NCBI GenBank assembly: GCA_963833985.1
Contig: CAWIAD010000002.1
Location: 1,536,001 to 1,600,000, forward strand
Direction: 5' to 3'
Length of the DNA stretch: 64,000 nucleotides
From: an uncultured Planctomycetaceae bacterium
GTDB lineage: Bacteria > Planctomycetota > Planctomycetia > Isosphaerales > Isosphaeraceae
Both the position numbers and the translations under genes were made by a program. The notes under the pieces are model-generated. The model had not been told where the DNA came from. It made no database searches and saw nothing but the letters and a program-made list of their open reading frames with translations. This document shows positions 41,257-52,797 of the stretch, one piece after another (positions within the stretch are counted from its first letter, which is position 1; every line of letters begins with the position of its first letter).

Positions 41257-41752
41257 GTGGTCGACGAGTCGATTTGCCGCCGCTTGCGTTTCCGGACAGG
41301 AACTCCGATCACCCTGGCTGACCACCAGGTCTGGACTTTCCCCGCGCCCACCGCCGATCTGGAGTCTGCCTCGGTGGCGGCCGAGGGCGAGTATCTCGGG
41401 CTCATCCACGCGATTCTCGACTCCGAGGACCAGAGTGAGCGGCGGCTCGCGGAGCTCGCCCTGGCGATTTTCCTGGTCAGTCTGAACTATCAGCTCAGCT
41501 CGGGCCAGCTCGCCGAGCTGTTCAGTTTCGGGCTACGATCACCCGAGCTGGTTGAATCGCAACGCGCGTTTCGAACGGCTCGCGCACGATCACATCCAGG
41601 CGCTCGCGAGGCGCGACGTGCTCGGTGCAACGGCACCGGCTCACGGCCCGGCCTCGCTGCCTCCCCATCGCCGCGTCATGGCCTGGATTCGCAACCGCGG
41701 CATCCTCCGCAGGTGGCTGACGAGTTGGCGCGGTGGGGAAGCCGTCCCTTGA
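41257..41752 (+). CDS. Hypothetical protein; probable frameshift near 41570
   Basis: GTG start, GTPITLADHQVWTFP...ELALAIFLVSLNYQL. Continues in another frame (FERLAHDHIQAL...GEAVP) to the stop at 41752. Confidence 0.55.
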
Positions 41753-41887
41753 ATCGAAGGGCCGGCGCCGGTACCGGCCAGAGCAATCGATCAGGAATAT
41801 GCGGGAGGTTCCGTTACCGGGGCGAAGACCGGTGATCGCTCACCGGTCCCGCATCGGTCCGCGTCGAGTGACTCAGTGGCCGGTCGG

Positions 41888-42382
41888 TCACCGCGCCGCG
41901 GATTGAACGTTGACGTGTTTCTCGGCGATCTGGTTGAGCAGCTGGTCAGCCTGCTTCTCTTCCTCGAGCGTCTCACCCAGCAGGCGCTTGACCTCGCCAA
42001 GCGAGAGGTGCTCGGCCCAGGTGGACAGGCAGCCGTAGCCGGCGATCTCGTAGTGTTCCACTTTCTGGGCGGCCGCGATGAGACCGGCGTCGCGCACCTC
42101 GGGCTCGGCCTTGGCGTCCATCAACTCCTTGCCTTCCTCGACCAGTCCCTCCATGGCCTTGCAGCTCTTGGCCCTGGGCGAGTGGCTGAGATGCTTGAAG
42201 ACTTCCTCGAGCCTGGTGACGTGGCCCTTGGTCTGCTGGAGGTGGTCTTCGAAGGCTTGCTTTAGCTGCGGCGCGTGCGCCGCTTCGGCCATCTTCGGCA
42301 GCGCCTTGACCAGTTGCTTCTCCGCGTCGTAGAGGTCGCGCACCTGGTCGAGCAACAGGTCTTGCAGGGTCTGCATCTTCAT
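41888..42382 (-). CDS. yciF: Ferritin-like YciE/YciF (DUF892) stress protein
   Basis: DLYDAEKQLVKALPKMA, HLQQT, CKAMEGLVEEG, AAAQKVEHYEIAGYG, ETLEEE...D. Confidence 0.92.
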   Translation of the reverse strand: MKMQTLQDLLLDQVRDLYDAEKQLVKALPKMAEAAHAPQLKQAFEDHLQQTKGHVTRLEEVFKHLSHSPRAKSCKAMEGLVEEGKELMDAKAEPEVRDAGLIAAAQKVEHYEIAGYGCLSTWAEHLSLGEVKRLLGETLEEEKQADQLLNQIAEKHVNVQSAAR

Positions 42383-42545
42383 CAGCCTGGTTCCTTTCGA
42401 TGAGTGGTTGGTGGAGATCTCGCGGCAGCAAGGGGGGCGGCCCCAGGGCCTGCCGGTATTCCGCGTAGCTTCCGCAAAACAGATACCGCCCGGTGATGCC
42501 CGGCCGAACAACGTCTCAAGCATCATCCCCGCCCGCAGGCGAGGT

Positions 42546-43586
42546 TCAGTTTCGCGCTGGCCAGCCGGCCTGTCGTCGAGTGGCGAACCCCAGGGCCAGG
42601 CCGGCCACCGCCGCGCCGGCGACGGCAAACCACCGCCGGTTGAGATCGAGCCAGAGCTGCCAGCTCCCGTTCCGGGAACGGCTGTCGAACGTGCCATGGG
42701 CGCCGTGGTCGCGCTCGACGGGATGCCAGAGGTTGTCGGGCCGATCCGGATCCTCGGGCTCGTCGGTCATCTGGGCGTCATAACCGTGGCGCGCCAGGTA
42801 GTGGTCCAGCCATCCTGGGGCAACCTTGTTGCCCACAATGGCCTCGACGGTGGGCCAGCCCACGGCGATCTCGCGGCGGTCATGGAAGGCCGCCCAGACG
42901 ATGGCCCGGGCCGCGACTTCCGGCTGGAAGATCGGGGGGACCGGCTGCCCCTTGCGCGGCAGGCGGCTCTTGACCCAGCTAAACTGGGGTGTATTCATGG
43001 CCGGCATCTGCACCATCGTGAGCCGGACCCTGCTGCCATCGTGGATCAATTCACAGCGGAGCGAGTCGCAGAAGCCCTGGATCGCGTGCTTGGCAGCGCA
43101 GTAAGCCGACTGAAGCGGGATGCCCCGGTAAGCCAGCGCGGAGCCGACCTGGATGATGACGCCGCGGTCGCGAGGCAGCATCCGGCGCAAGGCGGAAAGC
43201 GTGCCGTGCACATATCCAAGGTAAGTGACCTCCGTCACGCGGCGGTACTCGTCGGCACGCATCTGGGCGACCGGAGAGAAGACCGAGAGCATGGCGTTGT
43301 TGACCCAGACGTCGATCGGGCCGAGCTGTCGTTCCACCTCCCCGGCCGCGGCCTCGACCGCGTCGGCGTCACTCACGTCCAGAGGCAGGACCAGCCCGCG
43401 GCCGCCCATTGCTTCGACTTCGCGGCGTGCCGCCTCCAGCCCTTCGCGACCACGTGCGAGCAGGCCGATCGAAGCGCCGAGTTCGGCGAAGGCACGCACC
43501 GTCGCCCGCCCCACCCCGGCGGACGCCCCCGTGACCACCACGACACGGGGTGTGACCTGTTCCTTGAGCGCTATCCTCTCCATCAT
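42546..43586 (-). CDS. SDR-family oxidoreductase
   Basis: TGASAGVG, WVNNA, SAYCAAKH (YxxxK), NTPQF, hydrophobic C-terminal tail. Confidence 0.93.
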   Translation of the reverse strand: MMERIALKEQVTPRVVVVTGASAGVGRATVRAFAELGASIGLLARGREGLEAARREVEAMGGRGLVLPLDVSDADAVEAAAGEVERQLGPIDVWVNNAMLSVFSPVAQMRADEYRRVTEVTYLGYVHGTLSALRRMLPRDRGVIIQVGSALAYRGIPLQSAYCAAKHAIQGFCDSLRCELIHDGSRVRLTMVQMPAMNTPQFSWVKSRLPRKGQPVPPIFQPEVAARAIVWAAFHDRREIAVGWPTVEAIVGNKVAPGWLDHYLARHGYDAQMTDEPEDPDRPDNLWHPVERDHGAHGTFDSRSRNGSWQLWLDLNRRWFAVAGAAVAGLALGFATRRQAGWPARN

Positions 43587-43637
43587 GCCTCCCGCCCGGG
43601 GGTGTCCTGTTGCTCCGCGGTCTTCCTTCCCGAGGAC

Positions 43638-44378
43638 CTAGAGGCGGATCAGGGCCAGCCCGCTCTGGGGATCGTGCTCCTTGTGAAGATGCTCGGGAGC
43701 TTCCACGAGCATGACCTCGAGGGTTGGCCGGACGTGAGCCTCGAGCAGGTGGCCGCCCCGCGTGCTGCCGTCGGAGCGGCCCAGCACCACGTGGGCATGG
43801 AGCTGCGGCTCGCCATGATCCAGCGCGATGTCCCCCACCAGCGAGAGCACCTCGACCTGCTCGCGGATGGGGATCTTGCGATATTCCTTCGTCTGCCAGT
43901 CAAAGTATCCGAGTGTGGCACCGGAGAAGGCTCCGATGGCCGTGAACCGCGCTCCGCCAAGATTGTTGCGGCGCGCGAATTCGCGCAGGCCGGCCACGGC
44001 CTCGTCGCCGGTCTCGAACACCACCGCGTAGGTCTTCTCGCCCCCCTGGTCCTGGATCAGCTTGGATTTCACGATGGGTTCTCCGCTTGTCGGCTCCTGG
44101 TTGATGGGATCATCGGGCGGGTTGCCCCGGCCAATCCACGTCGCCTTGCAGGTGTAGTAGACGCGTCCTGCGCGGTTGTGCCGCTCTCGGGTCACTCCGT
44201 AGCCATGACGCTGGAGCCGATCGGCGATCTGACGGATCGTGTCCTGGCCCTCGTCGATCGCGTCGAGCTGGGTGTAGCATCCCCGATCGTCCTGGCGGCC
44301 GTGCACCCGGACGCCGTGGTAGGTGTAGATGCGCCGGTCGCGCTGAACCTCGCCGGTTTCCGTGAGGATCTCTGCCAT
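43638..44378 (-). CDS. PPC/DUF296 domain protein with an in-frame ~100-aa unknown N-terminal domain
   Basis: DUF296 from GTG 44072 (FTAIGAF, EVLSLVGD, LHAHVVLG, GGHL, PTLEV). The upstream ATG 44378 with an AGGAG RBS is in the same frame with no stop between. Confidence 0.8.
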   Translation of the reverse strand: MAEILTETGEVQRDRRIYTYHGVRVHGRQDDRGCYTQLDAIDEGQDTIRQIADRLQRHGYGVTRERHNRAGRVYYTCKATWIGRGNPPDDPINQEPTSGEPIVKSKLIQDQGGEKTYAVVFETGDEAVAGLREFARRNNLGGARFTAIGAFSGATLGYFDWQTKEYRKIPIREQVEVLSLVGDIALDHGEPQLHAHVVLGRSDGSTRGGHLLEAHVRPTLEVMLVEAPEHLHKEHDPQSGLALIRL

Positions 44379-44379
44379 C

Positions 44380-47300
44380 TCAGGCTCCTGGTACGCGGCC
44401 GCTCCGGGCAGGGTCCGCCTCGTGTTGTGGAGTGTGAGAACGGCCATTGCGGGCGTGGCCGTTGACTCCGTTGTCCGAGCCCGGCTTCCACTTGCCCAGA
44501 GGCTGGTAACGCTCCTCCGGCGGCACGTCCCCCGGTCCTGCGGGACCGTCGTGGAGCGCCATCTGGAGCAGTTGTGCCAGGTGCAGCGCGCCCCGGCCGG
44601 TGAGTCCGGCAATCTGCTCTCGGCAACTGAACCCGTCAGCAATGATGAGCGTGGTGGCGTCGGCATTGCGGACGGCCGGCAGCAGCACGCGCTCTCCCAC
44701 GGCGACGGAGACGTCGTAGTGTCCTGCTTCGAAGCCGAACGAGCCGGCCATGCCGCAGCAGCCGGAATTGAGGATCTCGAAGTCGAGGCCGAGATCGCGC
44801 AGCAGCATGCCCTCGTCTTTGAACCCCATCACGTGATCATGATGGCAGTGTTTCTGGACCAGGGCCTTGCGCTCCAGCCGGGGCGGGCGGAAGTGGGGTG
44901 CCTTGCGCTGGAGGAACTCGCTGAGCATGAACGTGTTGCCCGCAAGCCGACGCGCGTCCTCGTTCATGGGGAACAGGTTGACCAGCTCGTCGCGGAAGAC
45001 CGCCACGCAGCTTGGTTCCAGGCCCACGATCGGCATGCTGGACTGGATCACGGTGCTCAGGCTGTCAAGGATCTGCCGCAACAGTTTCTTGGCCGTGCCG
45101 AGCATGCCGAAGTCGTAGAGCGGGCGTCCGCAGCAAAGCGAGTGCCGGGGAATCTCGACGGAGAAGCCGGCGGCCTCGAGCACCTCCACCGCGGCGATCG
45201 CCGTCTGGGGATGGAAGTGATTGTTGAAGGTATCGGGCCAGAGCAGCACGCGCGGCCCGCCGGTATGGGGCGGCTGGTGGCGGTGGAACCAGGATCGGAA
45301 CGTTTCCGGTGCGAAGCTGGGCATCTCCCGCTGCCGCGCGATTCCACCCAGGAACTTGAGTGCGCCACCGAGCACGCGGTGATGAGACATCGCGTTGGCG
45401 AGACCCGGGGCGATGGAGGCCATCCTGGCCCACCAGTAGATCCAGCCCATCGCGTACGCGTGCCTGGGCCGCAGCCGCCACTCATAGTAGTGAGAGAAGA
45501 ATTCGGCCTTATAGGTGGCCATGTCCACGTTCATGGGGCATTCCGTGCGGCAGCCCTTGCAGGCCAGGCAGAGGTCGAGCGCCTCGCGCACCGGGTCGCT
45601 CCGCCAGCCTCCGCTCATCGGGTTGCCCTGAAACATCTCGAAGAGCAGGTGGGCGCGTCCGCGGGTGCAGTCCTTCTCCTCCTTGGTCACCATGTAGCTG
45701 GGGCACATGGTCCCGTTCTGTTCCTTGCGGCACTCGCCGATGCCCACGCACCGCTCGGTGGCGTAGGAGAAGCTCCCCTTGTCGTCCGGAAACCGGAAAT
45801 GGGTCTCGAGCTGAGGCGGGTTGTAGTGTGGCCCCAGCCGGAGGTTCTCTCCGGGCAGGTACGGGTCCACCACCTTGTGCGGGTTCATCGCGTTGGTCGG
45901 GTCCCAGATCGCCTTGAACTCGCCGAAGGCGCGGACCAGCTCGCTGCCGAACATCTTGGGCAGGAGCGCCGCCTTGGACTGGCCGTCGCCGTGCTCGCCG
46001 GAGATCGAACCGCCGTAGGCAACCACCATGTCCCCCGCCTCGTCGAGGAACTTGCGGTACTGCTGCACTCCCTCGACGGTCTTCAGGTCAAAATCGATTC
46101 GTGTGTGGATGCATCCCTGGCCAAAGTGACCGTACAGGGAGCAGCCGTAGCCGTACTTCTTGAGCAGCTTGCGGAGATCGCGAAGGTAGTCGCCGACCCG
46201 ATCCGGCGGCACGGCCGAGTCTTCCCACCCCTCCCAGGCGTCTTTCTCACCGGGAATACGGGCCGTGGCTCCCAGGCCCGATTCGCGCACTTTCCATAGG
46301 TGCTCCTCTTCGGCCTCGTCGTCGAATAGCTTCATCGAAGGAGCGTTCTCCTTCGACTTCAGCCGATCCATGAGCTGGTGCGCCTTGTCGTCGGCCTCCT
46401 CCTTGCTCTCACCGCCGAACTCGACGAGCAGCCAGCCCCCGCCCGCCGGGAGAAGTGTGATGTCCTGCGGGTGGATGCCCTTCCGCTTCATGTCCCTGAC
46501 CAGGACGTCGTCCAGCCCCTCGAGGCCGGTCGGACGGAACTCGAGGACATCCGGCACGTGGTCCCCGGCGGCGTAAACGTCGGGATAACCGAGGACGAGC
46601 ACCGACTTGACGGCCGGGCTATGAACCAGGTGCAGGCTGGCTTCGAGCATCGTCACGCACGTTCCCTCGGTTCCCGCCAGCGCCCGGGCCACGTGGAACC
46701 CGCGCTCGGGCAGGAGGTCGTCGAGGTTGTAGCCGGAGACCCGGCGCGGCAGGTTCCTGGGATAGCGGAGGCGGATCTCCTCGGCGTAGCGGTCCCGCAG
46801 GTCGCGTAGCTTGCTGTAGATCTCGCTGCGGCGCGAGCCCTCGGCAATGATCTTCTCGAGCTCCTCCTCCGTGGTGGCTCCCACGGTCATCCGGGTGCCG
46901 TCGTAGAGCAAGATGTCCAGCTCATGCACCTGGTCGGACGTTCGCCCGGTGCCCAGGCCCATGAGCGAATGCACACCGCAGGAATTGTTGCCGATCATCC
47001 CCCCCAGCGTATTGTGCGTGTGCGTGGAGGGGTCCGGGGCAAAGGTGAGGTGGTGTTTCTCGGCATCCCGGCGCAGGACGTCCAGCACCGTACCCGGCTG
47101 AACCCGCGCGAGCTTCTTCTGCGGATCGATCGACAGGACCCTGTTGAGGTACTTGGACCAGTCCATGACCACGGCCACATTGCAGCAACCGCCGGTCAAG
47201 CTGGTTCCGCCACCGCGCAAAGGATCGGAGCGCCGCGGTCCCGGCAGATCCTCACGGTCCGGATCACGTCCTCCACCGTCCGAGGAATGACCACGCCGAT

Positions 47301-47480
47301 GGGCACCTGGCGGTAGTTCGAGCCGTCGGTGGCATAGAGGGCGCGGCTGCCCGCGTCGAATCGCACCTCTCCATCGAGCGCTTCGCGAAGCTGGGCGGCC
47401 AGCGCCGAGGCGTCGACGAAGAGCGGCCCTTTGCGCCGGTCGGCCGCGGTTCTGCCGTTGCTCTCGTTCCCCATGGTCAT
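44380..47480 (-). CDS. FAD-binding and Fe-S-binding oxidoreductase (GlcD/GlpC, YdiJ-like); frameshift near 47217
   Basis: YATDGSNYRQVP, RGGGTSLTG, LGGMIGNNSCG, SGEHGDG, CVGIGEC, CLACKGC..EC, CCG motifs. Confidence 0.92.
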
Positions 47481-47507
47481 CAGGCTTTCCTCATCGCGGG
47501 TCCCGGA

Positions 47508-48629
47508 TCAGACGGAGTAATGCTGAGCGTCCTTGCGCTTCAGCTCGATGCCCAACCCGGGGCGGCTCAGGTCGGGGTACAGCTTGCCGGCTCGCGGCAC
47601 TGGGGCGCCGTCGAAGAGCATGTGCTCGATCCGATCGTGGTCGTGGAAGTACTCGAGATGCCGCAGGTTCGGCAGCGCGCAGGCGGCGTGGAGGTGCAGG
47701 GTCGGCGCGCAATGCCCGGAGAGGGCCAATCCCCGAGCCTGGCAGAGGGCGCCTACCCTCAGGAACTCGGTGATGCCTCCGCATCGTGTCCCGTCTGCCT
47801 GCAACACGTCCACCGCGCCGGCGTCGAGCATCCTCCGGAAATAAAACAGGTCATAACCATATTCGCCGGCGGTGATGTCCATTCCCGCGGGGCCGCGGTC
47901 GCGGATCAGCCGCAGCCCCTCGAGATCGTCCGAGGAGACGGGCTCCTCGAACCAGGAGACGCCCAGCCGGGCGAACGCGTCTGCCTTGTGGAGGGCCTGT
48001 TTTCGGGAATACGCCCCGTTTGCGTCGACGAACAGCTCGGCTTCCCGGCCGATGGCCTGGCGGGCGGCCTCGACCCGGCGCAGGTCCGCTTCCGGCTCGC
48101 GGCCGATCTTCATTTTCACGCGCGGGATACCCGCCGTCACCCAGCCGCCAAGCTGGTTCTGAAGCTGCTCGACGGAATACGAGGTGAACCCTCCGCTGCC
48201 GTAGACCGGTACGGAATCCTGGGCGGCTCCCAGCAGGACCACCAGCGGCAGCCCGAGCAGCCGGGCCTTCAGGTCCCAGAGCGCGGAGTCCACCGCCGAG
48301 ATCGCCATGGAGGAGACCCCCGGGCGGCCGAGATTTCGAATGGCCCCCGCCATGGCCGACCACGCGGCCGGTACGTTCATGGCGTCTCGCCCTTGGACCA
48401 CCCCGGCGAGCATGCTCTGGATGAGCGTGCCCGTGGCCGTGTCGGCATAGCTGTAGCCGAGCCCCGTGATCCCACCGCCGGACGCTTCGACAATGACCAG
48501 CGTGGTTGCCTGCCACTGGTACGTGCCGTCGGATTCCGGCAGATCCGTGGGGACCCTGTACGCCGAAACCCGTAGGGCGTCGATGGCGACTCGCGGATAG
48601 TCCGTCTGGTTCCTGGTTTCCTGACTCAT
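47508..48629 (-). CDS. Mandelate racemase/enolase superfamily protein
   Basis: PESDGT, ALWDLKA, KMKIG, VDANGAY, WFEEP, AGEY, SGHC. Confidence 0.92.
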   Translation of the reverse strand: MSQETRNQTDYPRVAIDALRVSAYRVPTDLPESDGTYQWQATTLVIVEASGGGITGLGYSYADTATGTLIQSMLAGVVQGRDAMNVPAAWSAMAGAIRNLGRPGVSSMAISAVDSALWDLKARLLGLPLVVLLGAAQDSVPVYGSGGFTSYSVEQLQNQLGGWVTAGIPRVKMKIGREPEADLRRVEAARQAIGREAELFVDANGAYSRKQALHKADAFARLGVSWFEEPVSSDDLEGLRLIRDRGPAGMDITAGEYGYDLFYFRRMLDAGAVDVLQADGTRCGGITEFLRVGALCQARGLALSGHCAPTLHLHAACALPNLRHLEYFHDHDRIEHMLFDGAPVPRAGKLYPDLSRPGLGIELKRKDAQHYSV

Positions 48630-48639
48630 GACACCCCGG

Positions 48640-50391
48640 CTACTTCACGAGTTCCATGACCTTGTCGCGGAACAGCGTGGTCGCGATCCGCACGCGGTTC
48701 GGCTCGCCCCGCGCCAGCGATTCGGCCAGGTGCAGCGCCTGCTTGGGCGTGGCACGGGCGGGCAGGGGAGGCTCGAACGGGTCGACAACGGCTTCGACGA
48801 GTGCCGGCTTCTTCGACTGGAAGGCCATCTCGAGCGCCGGGCGAACTTCATCGGGCCGCTCGCAGTGGAAACCAACGCCACCACAGGCTTCAGCGAACTT
48901 CACGAAATCGATGGGTTGGAGCTCGACGCCGTATTCGGGATTGCCCAGGAAGACCATCTGCTCCCATTTGATCTGCCCGAGCACGTTGTTCTTGATGACG
49001 ATCACCTTGATGGGCAGCTTGTGCTTGACTGCGGTGATGAACTCGCAGCCGAGCATGGTGAAGCCGCCGTCGCCGACAAAGGCGACAACTTGCCGATCAG
49101 GGAAGGCCACCTGGGCTGCGTTCGCGTAGGGCAGGCCGGGCGCCATCGTGGCGAGGTTGCCGGAGCACGAGAATTGCATGCCCCGACGGATCTTGAGATG
49201 CCGCGCCGCCCAGGTGGTAATGGTCCCGGAGTCGGTGGTGATGATGGCATTGTCGGCCAGCATGTCGTTGACATGCCTGGCTATCACCTGCGGCTTCATG
49301 GGCGTGTCGTCGCGGGTCTCGCGGGTTCGCATCGAGCTCCCACCACTCTTTCATGCGGTCCTGGGCGGTCTTGAGGAACGAGCGGTCGGACCGGCGCTCC
49401 AGCAGGGGCAAGAGCGCTTCGAGCGTGGCGCCGGCGTCGCCGCAGAGCCCGATGTCGATGGGATAACGCAGACCCAGCCGGGTGGGGTCGCGGTCAATCT
49501 GCACGCCCCGCGCCTGACCCGGCTTGGGCAGGTACGCCATGTAGGGAAAGCTCGTTCCCACGAGCAGGAGGCTGTCGCACTCCTCCATCGCCTGCTCCGA
49601 GGGCAAGGTACCCAGGAGGCCCAGCCCGCCGGTGGTGAACGGGCTGTCGTCCGGAACCACGGCCTTGCCCAGCAGCGCCTTGACGATGGGCGCACCCAGC
49701 GTGTCGGCCACCTTCTCCAGCGTGTCGCCGGCGCCCATCGCGCCCTGACCCGTGAGGATGACCGTGCGCTTCGTACTGTTCAGGATCGCGGCCGCAGTTT
49801 TGATGGTCTCGGCTTCCGGCACGACCGTCGGCGGCCTCCAGGCCACGGCGGTGTGCCCCTTGACCATCATGTCCGACGATTCCTCGTCGGTCAGTTCCTG
49901 CCAGTCGTTGGGGCAGTTCAGATGCGCGACGCCCCGCCGGGAAAGCGCGGTGCGGCAGGCGGCGTCCACCAGCGAGTGAGCGTGCCGGGGGCCGTTGATC
50001 TGCTGGTTGTACACCGTCACGTCCTCGAACAGACCTAGCAGGTTGACTTCCTGCTGATAGTGCATGCCCATGAGGTCGTGATAGGTCTGTCCCGTGATGG
50101 CCAGCACGGGCGCGCCGTCCATCTTGGCGTCGTACAGCCCGTTCAGCAGGTGGATGGCACCGGGTCCGCTGGTGGCGATGCAGACGCCCAGGCGCCGGTG
50201 AACTTGGCGTAGCCGCAGGCCATGAACGCCGCGCCTTCTTCATGACGCACCTGCACGAAGCGGATCCTGTCGCGGCACTCACGCAGACCTTCCATGAACC
50301 CATTGATGCCGTCACCGGGTAAGCCGAAGATGACATCGACGCCCCAGGCCATCAGGCGCTCAAAGATCACATCCGAAGTCGTCTTGGCCAT
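48640..50391 (-). CDS. poxB: ThDP-dependent pyruvate oxidase/dehydrogenase (PoxB-like); frameshifts near 50195 and 49333
   Basis: FGLPGDG, RHEEGAAFMACGYAKFTG, LAITGQ, GLLGT, SGNLATM, GDGGF...NN ThDP motif, spread over three frames. Confidence 0.88.
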
Positions 50392-50691
50392 CTCAGGTGC
50401 GCTCCTTTTCTGGGACATCGACCGAAGCGGAGATCGCGTCCCTTCCATGAACGCGACTTCAGGGCCCGGCCTCTGCGGGTGGGGCGACATGCCGGCTTCG
50501 CCCCCAGCCCCGCCGGTCTTGATGGAAATCCACGTAGAACGAGCAATTCCCGATCAAGCAAACGGCTTGCCAAGGCGCGCCGATCATCAGACGTTGCGGC
50601 ACGCTTCACTTCATGAGCCCCAGGTACCGGCCCGCTGCGGATTGGCACGGAACGTGATGTCCCACTGCACGTGCTCGCGGGGAGGCAAATC

Positions 50692-51573
50692 ATGAGCGGT
50701 GGTAGAGCTTCGGTGACGGTGGTGATGATCACGCATAACCGCCGGGAGGAGGTCTTGCGGTCGCTGGCTCACCTCGAGAGGATGCCCGAGCAGCCGACCA
50801 TCGTGGTCGTCGACAACGGGTCCGGCGACGGGACGGCTTCGGCGGTCGCCAGCCGCTTTCCTCTGGTGAAGCTGGTTCGGCTGGAGGAGAACCGTGGTGC
50901 CGCGGGCCGGACGGTGGGTGTGCATCAGGCAGGCACTCCCTATGTCGCGTTTTGCGACGACGACACCTGGTGGGAGGACGGGGCGCTGGCCCTTGCCGCG
51001 GCACTCTTCACCGCACACTCGCGGCTTGCCGTGATCACCGCACGCATCCTGGTTGGGCCCGAGAACCGTGAAGACCCGATTTGCGCCGAGCTGGCGCGAA
51101 GCCCGCTGCCGGACGAGCCCGAGCTGCCCGGCCATCCGCTCCTCGGTTTCCTGGCGGGTGCCTCGGTGATCCGCTGCTCCGCGTTCCTCGAGGCCGGCGG
51201 ATTCGAGGAGCGCTACTGTATCGGTGGAGAAGAAGAGTTGCTGGCGCTCGATCTGGCCGCCCGGGGTTGGCTGCTGCGCTATGTCCCGGAGCTGGTGGTG
51301 CATCACCATCCCTCTCCGCTCCGCGATGCCGCGGGCCGGCGCCATGCGCTGCTTCGCAATGCACTCTGGTCGGCGTGGCTGCGGCGCCCGCTCGGGAGTG
51401 CCCTGCGGCAGTCGATTCGCCTCATCCGCAGCTCACCCCGCAGCCGGACGGCGATCCTCGGCGTGGGGCACGCGCTGGCGGGGCTGCCCTGGGTCCTCCG
51501 GAATCGCCAGGTCGTCCCGCCCTGTGTGGAGGAGGGCCTGTGTCTGCTCGATTCCCACCGGCCCGCGTCATGA
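50692..51573 (+). CDS. Glycosyltransferase family 2
   Basis: GGAGG RBS, VVDNGSGDGT, YVAFCDDD, GGEEELL, HHHPS. Confidence 0.92.
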   Translation: MSGGRASVTVVMITHNRREEVLRSLAHLERMPEQPTIVVVDNGSGDGTASAVASRFPLVKLVRLEENRGAAGRTVGVHQAGTPYVAFCDDDTWWEDGALALAAALFTAHSRLAVITARILVGPENREDPICAELARSPLPDEPELPGHPLLGFLAGASVIRCSAFLEAGGFEERYCIGGEEELLALDLAARGWLLRYVPELVVHHHPSPLRDAAGRRHALLRNALWSAWLRRPLGSALRQSIRLIRSSPRSRTAILGVGHALAGLPWVLRNRQVVPPCVEEGLCLLDSHRPAS

Positions 51574-51641
51574 GCTGCCGACGTGAGCAACCCGCGGCGA
51601 AGATCACGCGTCGGACGCCCGCGACCGAGGAGCGTTGATAG

Positions 51642-52797
51642 ATGTTCTTTAATACGGATATCAAGGCAAACCTGCTGCCGCGGGGCACGCTCTGCCTGAC
51701 GTACGACGACGGCCCGGGCCAGTCCGCCCAGGAAGGCTCAGGCCCGCGTACGCTCGAGCTTGCGAGCTACCTGCACGAACAGGAAATACCGGCGACGTTC
51801 TTTGTGCTTGGCAGCCACGCCGCGAAGTATCCCGGATACCTCGGCCAGCTCAGTCGGTGGAAGCACACGATTGGCAATCACACGACCAGCCATCCGGGCC
51901 TTGTGGGCCTGGCGGCAAGCGGAGGCGACGTCGTCCTCGAGGTCGCCCGTACGGCCGAACTCATCGCCGCCGAGACGTCGCCGCCGGTCGTGTTCTTTCG
52001 CCCGCCCTATGGAAACTGGAGGGAGACGTCCGGATCGGGCAAGAATGGCGACAAGCCGATGTCGATTGTGGCCCGGGTCCTGAACGGCTCGGCGCTGGCT
52101 CGAACGCACGTCGGCCCCATTAACTGGGACATCTCCGGGCATGACTACGATTACTGGCGGCAGCAACGGTCGGCGGACGAATGCGCTGCCGAATACCTGG
52201 CCGAGATCGATCGTGTGGGCCGTGGCATCGTCCTGCTCCACGATAGTTCCGAGGATCCCGGGATACGCGATCGGAATTGCACGTTCGAGCTGACGCGGCG
52301 GATCATTCCTCCGCTCAAGCGTCTCGGTTACAGGTTCATCGCGCTGGATGCCATTCCCCAGGTGCGTTCCGCGGTGCGGGTGGAACGGCAAATCGCCTTG
52401 CAGGCCGAAAACGGCCGGCTTGTGACCACGGGGACCGGGGACGGCGTCCTGCGCCAGCAGCACGGCGATTGGCCCGGCTGAGCAGTTCGGAGTTGTCAAC
52501 CTGGGAGACAGCCGGTTCGCCCTGCGTGCATCCACCGGGGTATTCATCTCGCTCCGAGAAGCGGATGGTTTTTTCACTGCGGGAGCAGCCGCCATCGGCG
52601 ATCACGAGGTCATCCACGCCATCGCAGCCGACGGCCAGCGAATCGCCCTGAAGAGCGCGACAGCCGGCATCATCGCCATCGATCCGAAGGATGAGACGCT
52701 CCGCTGTGGTGGTGGTCCCTTCATGGCGGATTGCTTGTTCCGGGAGATCGACCTCTTCAGCCCGGACCCGGGAGTACTGCCGCTCTCCGGCTCGTAG
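51642..52797 (+). CDS. Polysaccharide deacetylase (CE4/NodB) with C-terminal fascin-like domain; frameshift near 52453
   Basis: TYDDGP, GNHTTSH, FRPPYG, VLLHD. After the frameshift the frame reads IGPAEQFGVVNLGDSRFALRASTGVFIS...QRIALKSATAG to TAG at 52797. Confidence 0.8.

Noticed and set aside
42408..46299. Long plus-strand ORFs (685 aa and 645 aa), and similar ones such as 1612-2928, 33520-35112 and 55139-56839
   Set aside because: Antisense shadows of well-supported genes, which are expected in high-GC DNA.
50642..50673. Sigma54 or ECF promoter upstream of the glycosyltransferase operon (TTGGCACG; GGAAC-N16-CGTG)
   Set aside because: The -12 GC of sigma54 is missing and the ECF -10 is imperfect, so the match is too weak to call.
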